In this document: positions 1-6,366 of the stretch, one piece after another
Position numbering within the stretch: position 1 is the first letter of the stretch
Layout of the letters: each line of letters opens with the position of its first letter
Assembly: GCA_963674745.2 (NCBI GenBank)
Contig: CAXXDV010000003.1
Location: 1,856,001 to 1,920,000, forward strand
DNA from: Desulfosudaceae bacterium
GTDB taxonomy: Bacteria; Desulfobacterota; Desulfobacteria; Desulfobacterales; Desulfosudaceae
Direction: 5' to 3'
Length of the DNA stretch: 64,000 bases
Made by a program: the position numbers and the translations under genes
Notes under the pieces: generated by a model
The model's input: only the letters and a program-made list of their open reading frames with translations
Database searches by the model: none
Told to the model about the DNA's origin: nothing

Positions 1-534
1 GAGTCTGCTCATCAGCCGGTCATGGTTGACCCGGTCGAAGAATTTGGACAGGTCCATGTCGACGACATGGGTGTATCCGTCTACCATGTGCCGCTTACCC
101 TGCATAACCGCATCATGCGCGGATCTACCGGGCCTGAACCCATAACTGGATTCAGAAAAGGCGGGCTCCCAGATCTGTTCTACGATCTGGGCGACGGCTT
201 GCTGGATACACCGGTCAAGCACCGTGGGTATTCCCAGTAAACGCACCCCCCCGCCCGGTTTGGGAATCTCTTTCCTTTTCACCGGCAGCGGTTTGTGGGT
301 GCCGTTTTGCAGGTCGTTCTTAATTTCAGGCCAATGCCTGGCCAGGTATTTCCCGAGTTGATCGGTTTTCATCCCATCAACTCCGGGCGCTCCCTGGTTG
401 GCACAAACCTGTTTCCAGGCCCGGATAATGTTACTGCGGTCAAGAATCATCTCCATTAACCGGTCACTTTCTCCCAGACGTTCGGCAATCTGTGACGCTG
501 CAAATATTTCCATCTGCTGTGGCTTTGTATTCAC
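1..534 (-). CDS. ltrA: Group II intron reverse transcriptase/maturase, N-terminal part (truncated by window; absent from ORF track)
   Basis: Hand translation from GTG at 534 (AGGAGG upstream) is open to position 1. It contains NQGAPGVDG, EIPKPGGGVRLLGIPTVLDRCIQQA, FSESSYGFRPGRSAHDA and VVDMDLSKFFDRVNHDRLM, the group II RT0-RT3 motifs. Confidence 0.95.
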   Translation of the reverse strand, partial: MNTKPQQMEIFAASQIAERLGESDRLMEMILDRSNIIRAWKQVCANQGAPGVDGMKTDQLGKYLARHWPEIKNDLQNGTHKPLPVKRKEIPKPGGGVRLLGIPTVLDRCIQQAVAQIVEQIWEPAFSESSYGFRPGRSAHDAVMQGKRHMVDGYTHVVDMDLSKFFDRVNHDRLMSRL

Positions 535-1065
535 AAGTACACACCTCCTAATCGTCACTATCATTTACCCGTCCCATTCGGTCCGGGCACCGTTCCGGCC
601 TTCACCGGGGTGAGTCCTCCGGGTATACTTCTCCCGCTTAAGGGAGGCCCGGCTCGTATCCTCCAGCTACTATGCCATCTGCTGACTTCTCCCATGCGGT
701 CAGGGCCGGTTACCCGACCCTCAGCCGTTTTCCGGCACATGGGAGATCTCCCGGGGTAAACACATGTCTTTCGATACGTGAATGCCGAGTTTACGGACAC
801 GCCTTAAGATGGATAGAGGACTTTATCTTGTTGTGCAGACTCGTCCCGGCGTGCGCGCCTTATACTCGATTCCTGTGCGTCATCCCGTACCTTCGCGGTG
901 CCCCGCCGCAGCAGGGCGGCTTCCTTCCGAAGCACCGTCACCGGCACCCCGTTGCACTACCGCTACACCCTTCGCCTCCATCAGGCTGGGTCTAAGACTT
1001 GCCAAATACGTCAATATCTTATATGTTTGGCTCACTTTTAAGAACATGTGCCGTGCCCGGCACAC
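1..1065 (-). mobile_element. Group II intron (class IIC, attC-targeting type), 5' part; continues beyond the left window edge
   Basis: The minus strand begins GTGTGCCGGGCACGG at 1065 (GUGYG 5' consensus), directly after the exon sequence TTGT (1069-1066). About 530 nt of GC-rich non-coding sequence follows, then an RT ORF. Confidence 0.9.
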
Positions 1066-1190
1066 ACAATCAATCAAGCGCAAAGGACAGCAAGGGCACT
1101 CGGGTTTTGAACATTTGGGGGGGGTGAACAACCGTAACCATAAACCAAGTCAGTGGAAGCCCTGGCTGCCATTGGCTTCAGACGTTATCG
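1066..1190 (+). repeat. attC-like recombination site 1, interrupted at its 5' AAC by the intron
   Basis: Colinear with 1793-1917 (first 46 nt identical, same 121-nt distance to GTT). Imperfect inverted repeat CAGCAAGGGC...GCCCTGGCTG; ends GTTATCG. Confidence 0.8.
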
Positions 1191-1211
1191 CTCTCATACA
1201 GAAAAGGACTT

Positions 1212-1793
1212 ATGCATAAGTACCTGACATCAAATGCAACTATAGACTGGGAAACCCCTAAAGTCATAGCTAAAGCAAATGAACTTGCTCAAGGCATTGA
1301 TAGTTCTGTGGAAATTGCAAAAAAATGTTTTGTATTTGTACGTGATGAAATAAAACATAGTAACGATCACCAATTAAATCCTGTTACATGCAAAGCTTCA
1401 GATGTGCTTGAACACAAAACAGGATTTTGCTATGCCAAAAGCCATCTATTAGCAGCTTTGCTCAGGGCAAATAAAATTCCGGCAGGGCTTTGTTATCAGC
1501 GGCTTACCATCGAAAATGATAAGCCACCATTCTGTTTGCATGGCCTTAATGCTGTATATCTGCCAGATATTGGGTGGTATCGCATTGATGCAAGAGGGAA
1601 TAAAGAAGATGTTTCCGCAGAATTTAGTCCTCCTGTAGAAAGACTTGCTTTCAAAATCGTCCATGAAGGTGAGGCAGATTTTCAAGAAATATGGTCAGAA
1701 CCATTACCTGAAATAAAGGAAGTATTGGAATCATCAAGCTCATATCAGGAAGTGGCTGACAATTTACCTGATATTGAAATAATTAAGAGCTAA
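1212..1793 (+). CDS. Transglutaminase-like family protein (gene cassette)
   Basis: GFCYAKSHLLAALLRA...LHGLNAVYL...WYRIDARG gives the Cys-His-Asp triad. AT-rich. The stop TAA lies inside the AGCTAAC inverse core of the next attC. Confidence 0.85.
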   Translation: MHKYLTSNATIDWETPKVIAKANELAQGIDSSVEIAKKCFVFVRDEIKHSNDHQLNPVTCKASDVLEHKTGFCYAKSHLLAALLRANKIPAGLCYQRLTIENDKPPFCLHGLNAVYLPDIGWYRIDARGNKEDVSAEFSPPVERLAFKIVHEGEADFQEIWSEPLPEIKEVLESSSSYQEVADNLPDIEIIKS

Positions 1794-1917
1794 CAATCAA
1801 TCAAGCGCAAAGGACAGCAAGGGCACTCGGGTTTTGAAATATCGGGGGATTTGAACAACCGAAAACTTTAACCAGGTCAGTGGAAGCCCTGGCTCCCATT
1901 GGCGGCCGCCGTTAAGC
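1788..1917 (+). repeat. attC-like recombination site 2 (130 bp, intact)
   Basis: Starts AGCTAAC overlapping the upstream stop codon and ends GTTAAGC. Internal imperfect inverted repeat; near copy of 1066-1190. Confidence 0.8.
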
Positions 1918-1937
1918 AAAATAATGAAATATAAAAT

Positions 1938-2744
1938 ATGAAGTATAAAATGCCCCTTACTTTTTGTATTATTTTCACCATGGCCATATCGGCGATTTCT
2001 CAAGACGATCACGTCTTTGAAGACATTATCCGCGGTGCTTTTGCTGGACGTGAAGGGACTTTTGTTATCATCGACTGCTCAACTAGCGAAATTCATGATT
2101 TCTATCCGAATACATCCTCAAAAAGAATTGCACCCTGCTCTACATTTAAAATATGGAATACCTTGATTGGACTTGAGAGCGGATTAATTTCCTCATCGGA
2201 TGAATCTTTCTATAAGTGGGATGGCATCGAGCGATCAATTCTGGCATGGAACAAGGACTTGACGTTGCAGGAAGCCTTTCAGGCTTCGTGCGTACCAGCC
2301 TTCCAGTCTCTCGCTCGAAAAATTGGCCCTAAGAAAATGCACTCATGGATTGACAAGATTGGTTATGGAAACAAAGATACATCGGCAGGAATAGATGTTT
2401 TCTGGCTTCCTGCCAGCGGCAGAAGAACCATTTTAATTTCGCCGATGGAGCAAGCGCAACTGATTTACAAACTTATTTCAGGCAATATGCCTTTTTCGGA
2501 TAAATCTATAGCCGCTGTCAAGGACATCATGAAAGTTCGAGAAACCGACCTTGGGACTCTTTATGGCAAAACCGGCACAGCTACAAATGAAACCGGAACT
2601 TATGTCTTAGGATGGTACGTTGGGTTTGTGGAAAGTAAAGGAAAGACATATGCCTTTGCTTGCACAGCAACGGGTGATAACGTTATGGGCAAAGATTCAC
2701 GTGTAATAGTTGAAAGAATTTTGATGAAACAAGGGATATTGTAA
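1938..2744 (+). CDS. Class D (OXA-like) serine beta-lactamase family protein
   Basis: Signal peptide plus PCSTFK (SxxK), SCV (SxV), YGN, FWL and KTG motifs in class D order. Confidence 0.9.
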   Translation: MKYKMPLTFCIIFTMAISAISQDDHVFEDIIRGAFAGREGTFVIIDCSTSEIHDFYPNTSSKRIAPCSTFKIWNTLIGLESGLISSSDESFYKWDGIERSILAWNKDLTLQEAFQASCVPAFQSLARKIGPKKMHSWIDKIGYGNKDTSAGIDVFWLPASGRRTILISPMEQAQLIYKLISGNMPFSDKSIAAVKDIMKVRETDLGTLYGKTGTATNETGTYVLGWYVGFVESKGKTYAFACTATGDNVMGKDSRVIVERILMKQGIL

Positions 2745-2759
2745 AAAAATAATCGCGCT

Positions 2760-3767
2760 TCATTTGAGCGCGTATGTGATCACCGGCTCTTCGGTCTTCC
2801 GGTAAATGCGGCCTTTGTTCTCCAGGTAGCGTAAATGGGAAATGGCCTCTCCGGTGGCAAACCATTTCTGGGCCGGTGGGAATTTCTCCCAGTTCTCGGC
2901 CTCAATATCCCAGGTCATGTACGAAGCGGTTTGAAAGGCATCCAGCGGCGCGTGATGCGCCAGGATGTCCATGACTTCTTCCAGGCGGTGGGCGTGATGG
3001 GATTTAAGTTCATCGATCCGCTCCCGGCAGTTGTCAAACAGCCGGCGATGTCCCGGCAGGACGTGTTTCACCTCCAGGGCCCGCACTTTGTCCAGGCTGG
3101 CCAGGTAATTGGCCAGAGGGTCATCATCCTCGGACCAGCACTGAATGTTGGGCGTAATGTCGATCAGAATATGATCGCCGGCAATCAGGATCTGGTGTTG
3201 CGGTTCATACAGGCACATATGCCCCCTGGTGTGGCCCGGCGTAAGGACACTGGTGAATCGGTACGGGCCTGCTTTCATCTGATGACCGTCGTTTAATATC
3301 TTCAAGGGCGGGCGCCAGTCCGTGCCGAACTTCCGGCCGGGATGCTTTTTAAGAGAAGCCCGCAAAGCCTCTTCGGCCAGGCCGTTTTTAACAGCGTATT
3401 GGATCATGGGCTCAAAGCCCTGCCAGTTTTCGATAATCTCAGCATCCGGACGATTGAAGTACACTTGTGTATTATCACCGGCCATTCGGGTCACCAAACC
3501 GAAATGATCGGCATGCATGTGGGTGATAAAAAGATCGGCCTGCTCCATATCCAGGCCGATTTCCGCCAGTCCGTTCTGCATGGCCTCAAAGCAGATATCA
3601 TGGTTCAGGCCGGTGTCAACGATCAGGGCCCGGGGTTCGGATCGAACAACATAACTGTTCAGGTATTTCAGCGGTGTATCGGGCAGCGGGATCTTGATCC
3701 GGAACAGGTCGGGAATAATTTCTTCAACCATGAACGACGCTCCTTGCATAAATGATTCTGCTATCAT
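2760..3767 (-). CDS. MBL-fold metallo-hydrolase
   Basis: THMHADHFG, TPGHTRGH, AGDH and PGH motifs; C-terminal winged-helix-like tail. Confidence 0.9.
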   Translation of the reverse strand: MIAESFMQGASFMVEEIIPDLFRIKIPLPDTPLKYLNSYVVRSEPRALIVDTGLNHDICFEAMQNGLAEIGLDMEQADLFITHMHADHFGLVTRMAGDNTQVYFNRPDAEIIENWQGFEPMIQYAVKNGLAEEALRASLKKHPGRKFGTDWRPPLKILNDGHQMKAGPYRFTSVLTPGHTRGHMCLYEPQHQILIAGDHILIDITPNIQCWSEDDDPLANYLASLDKVRALEVKHVLPGHRRLFDNCRERIDELKSHHAHRLEEVMDILAHHAPLDAFQTASYMTWDIEAENWEKFPPAQKWFATGEAISHLRYLENKGRIYRKTEEPVITYALK

Positions 3768-4510
3768 TCAAGCGACTGCAGGCAGGACAGGTCACAGCTC
3801 TGAAACATGCTGATGTCCATTTCCTCCTCAATATACCGCAAATCTTCGGCCAGCATGCAATCAGCGGTTTCACCGCGGAAACGTTGTTTGTAGGCGGCAA
3901 ACAGGCGGGGTTTTTTGGCACCGAGTTCGACGGCTATTTCAACCGCCCGGTCGATGACCCGGGACGGATCGACCAGCTCGTCGACCATACCGGCCGCAAG
4001 CGCAGACGTACCGTCGAATTTACGGCCGGAGAGGAATGCAAGGTCGGTCACGCGGCTGCCGACCACGTAATTCACCATGGCCAGGCATCCCGAGGGCGGA
4101 ATAATGGCGACATCGATTTCCGGAAAAGTGCAGACCGCTTTCTCGTTTTTCATGACCCGGTAGTCCAGGCACATGGAAAACGCCAGGGCACTGGCCACAA
4201 CATGACCGTTAATGGCAGCGATCACGGGTTTGGGGAAAATAAACGCCCGATGGAAAAAAGTAAACAGTTCCTTGAAGAACTGCTTGATAGCGTCTTCTTC
4301 AAGCCCCATCACGTACTGAATATCCATACCGGCTGAAAAATACTGAACGCCGCTGCCGGCAACCACCACACCGCGAACGGCGTCATCGGCTTCAATATCG
4401 TCAAGAGCCTTGTTAAACTGTTGAATTATGTCGCTGTTAAAGGCATTCTCCGGCGGGTTTTCCATAAACAGTACGGCTATTTCATTTCTGGTTTCAATTC
4501 TGACTGACAT
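3764..4510 (-). CDS. Enoyl-CoA hydratase/isomerase family protein
   Basis: FSAGMD and PKPVIAAINGH crotonase motifs; 4-nt overlap with the MBL gene. Confidence 0.9.
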   Translation of the reverse strand: MSVRIETRNEIAVLFMENPPENAFNSDIIQQFNKALDDIEADDAVRGVVVAGSGVQYFSAGMDIQYVMGLEEDAIKQFFKELFTFFHRAFIFPKPVIAAINGHVVASALAFSMCLDYRVMKNEKAVCTFPEIDVAIIPPSGCLAMVNYVVGSRVTDLAFLSGRKFDGTSALAAGMVDELVDPSRVIDRAVEIAVELGAKKPRLFAAYKQRFRGETADCMLAEDLRYIEEEMDISMFQSCDLSCLQSLE

Positions 4511-4695
4511 GGGGAACCTCCTTTTTGCATGCTGAAATGAAGACTTCTGGACAAAAATAAATTATCATAGAAAAAAACGATCTGCAACGCCAGGTGTCGG
4601 GCGGCACCCGATTTTTTTACACCCTCACCGTAAAAGCCTGATAAATTCATCGAAAACGACAAGCAGGCAGTTGTGTTTGAGGTAAAATATCCTTC

Positions 4696-4725
4696 TTGAC
4701 ACAACTTATCACCCTGATATATATT
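4696..4725 (+). promoter_or_regulatory. Putative sigma70 promoter of the hdr-met operon
   Basis: TTGACA (4696-4701), 18 nt, TATATT (4720-4725). Overlapped by the inverted repeat GTTGTGT...ACACAAC (4670-4705). Confidence 0.55.
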
Positions 4726-4859
4726 TTTAGGAACCGTGCAAACGGCGTTCCATCAATGAAACGGGGGTCTCCAAAGAAAAGCGTGCAGGCTTTGTCATTG
4801 TTTTTTTCTTTTTGAATCCGTTTCTTTTTTTACAGTCACGACAAACCAAGGAGCTAATC

Positions 4860-5468
4860 ATGACGGCACCCGCCATTCAGGTAGCACCGGATGTGGCCAA
4901 TCCCCTGATCGCCGAAGTCATGGAACGTTCCGGACAGAATCTTCTCACCTGCTATCAGTGCCGCCGGTGCGCCGGAGCCTGCGCGGTGGGCGATGAGACA
5001 GGATTCTTTACCCCGGACCGTTTAATTCGCGCCATTCTCATCGGCGACCGGCAAACCGCCTTGAATAACGAACTGATCTGGAAATGCGTCTCCTGCTATA
5101 CCTGCGGGATTCGTTGTCCCAACGGCATTCAAACCGGTCGCATTACCGAAACCCTCAAAAAAATGGCCAAAGAAGCCCATCAGAAATCACCCCACCCCAA
5201 AGTGGTTCATTTCCATGACGCCTTTGTCAAATCCGGTGTTCGCTGGGGCCGGGTGAACGAAACCGAATTTATGGCCGCCTATGAAATAAAAAACACGGCC
5301 GCTGACCTGAGAAAATTCGACTTTCGTGCCGTCACCGAAGAAATTGCCCGGCAGTTGAAACTGGCCATGGCCATGTTACGGTTGGGCCGGATGCATTTCG
5401 GCTTTCTCTCGGCCAAAGGCCGGGGCGAAATCAAACGGCTGAAAAAGGCGAAAACCAAAACACAATAA
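4860..5468 (+). CDS. hdrC: Heterodisulfide reductase subunit C-like (2x[4Fe-4S])
   Basis: CYQCRRCAGAC and CVSCYTCGIRCP. ATG 4860 follows AAGGAG and is preferred over the track start 4812. Confidence 0.9.
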   Translation: MTAPAIQVAPDVANPLIAEVMERSGQNLLTCYQCRRCAGACAVGDETGFFTPDRLIRAILIGDRQTALNNELIWKCVSCYTCGIRCPNGIQTGRITETLKKMAKEAHQKSPHPKVVHFHDAFVKSGVRWGRVNETEFMAAYEIKNTAADLRKFDFRAVTEEIARQLKLAMAMLRLGRMHFGFLSAKGRGEIKRLKKAKTKTQ

Positions 5469-5478
5469 GAGGTCTGCC

Positions 5479-6366
5479 ATGGAATTAGCCTATTACCCGG
5501 GGTGTTCGCTGAAACAATCCTCTGCGCTTTATGATCACCAGACCCGTCTTGTTTTTGATAAGCTCGGCGTGCAGCTCCGGGAACTGGCCGACTGGAACTG
5601 CTGCGGCGCCACATCGGCCGGTAAAACCGACGATTTTCTGTCTATCGCCATGCCCGCCCGCAATCTGGGTATCGCCGCCCAGTCCGGCTTGAATGAAATG
5701 GTCATCCCCTGTTCGGCCTGTTATTCCCGCACCCTGGTGGCCCAGCAATACCTGGAGGCGAACCCGGATTTAAAAGAAGAAATCAATGCCGGTGTGTCCA
5801 AAAAGATTACAACACCGGTCAAGGTGTCATCCATCCTGGAAGTACTGCTTGCCCTTCTGGATTCCGGAACGCTGGCCGAAAAACTGATCTACAAACCTAA
5901 AAGCTTAAAACCGGTCTGTTATTACGGCTGCATGATGACCCGTTTTCCTTTTCCGGTGCCGGTCCCGGACAGTATCGAAAATCCCCGGGGCATGGAAATC
6001 ATTTTAGAAGCCCTGGGCCTGCATCCCATAGACTGGAACTACAAAACCAACTGCTGCGGGGCCTCGGCCGCCGTCACCGATCCGGCCGTGGCCCACACAC
6101 TGATGGCCAAAATCCTGAACGATGCGCTGGCTCGCAGCGCCAACTGCCTGATAACCACCTGCCCTATGTGCCAGATGAACCTGGACGCCTACCAGGAAGA
6201 CATCTGCCGGGAACACAACATCAGCGAACGACTGCCGGTCTTTTTCATTACCGAGGTGGTGGGAATGGCCATGGGTTTGGACATCAAATCGTTGGAGATC
6301 GACAAGCACTTTATCAACGGAACGGAACTCTTCAAGGAGCTGGAGCAATATGAATCAGAGCACTAA
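5479..6366 (+). CDS. hdrB: Heterodisulfide reductase subunit B-like (CCG domains)
   Basis: YYPGCSL, DWNCCG, YYGC, CCGAS and CPMCQMNLD motifs. Confidence 0.95.
   Translation: MELAYYPGCSLKQSSALYDHQTRLVFDKLGVQLRELADWNCCGATSAGKTDDFLSIAMPARNLGIAAQSGLNEMVIPCSACYSRTLVAQQYLEANPDLKEEINAGVSKKITTPVKVSSILEVLLALLDSGTLAEKLIYKPKSLKPVCYYGCMMTRFPFPVPVPDSIENPRGMEIILEALGLHPIDWNYKTNCCGASAAVTDPAVAHTLMAKILNDALARSANCLITTCPMCQMNLDAYQEDICREHNISERLPVFFITEVVGMAMGLDIKSLEIDKHFINGTELFKELEQYESEH

Noticed and set aside
22..1219. Plus-strand ORFs 22-240, 398-613, 672-995, 782-1219 and minus ORFs 561-800, 880-1131
   Set aside because: They are shadows of the intron RT, intron RNA and attC-1, with no protein motifs.
1066..1917. 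Direct repeats as CRISPR or IS ends
   Set aside because: There are only two ~130-bp copies separated by a whole gene, with no cas or transposase; the attC layout explains them better.
2760..3767. MBL-fold gene beside the OXA gene as a second beta-lactamase (also 54110-54922)
   Set aside because: It has no signal peptide, is coupled to an enoyl-CoA hydratase and has host-like composition, so it is a generic MBL-fold hydrolase.
4593..4618. Plus-strand hairpin with T-run resembling an intrinsic terminator
   Set aside because: There is no plus-strand gene upstream to terminate, and a small RNA cannot be supported from sequence alone.
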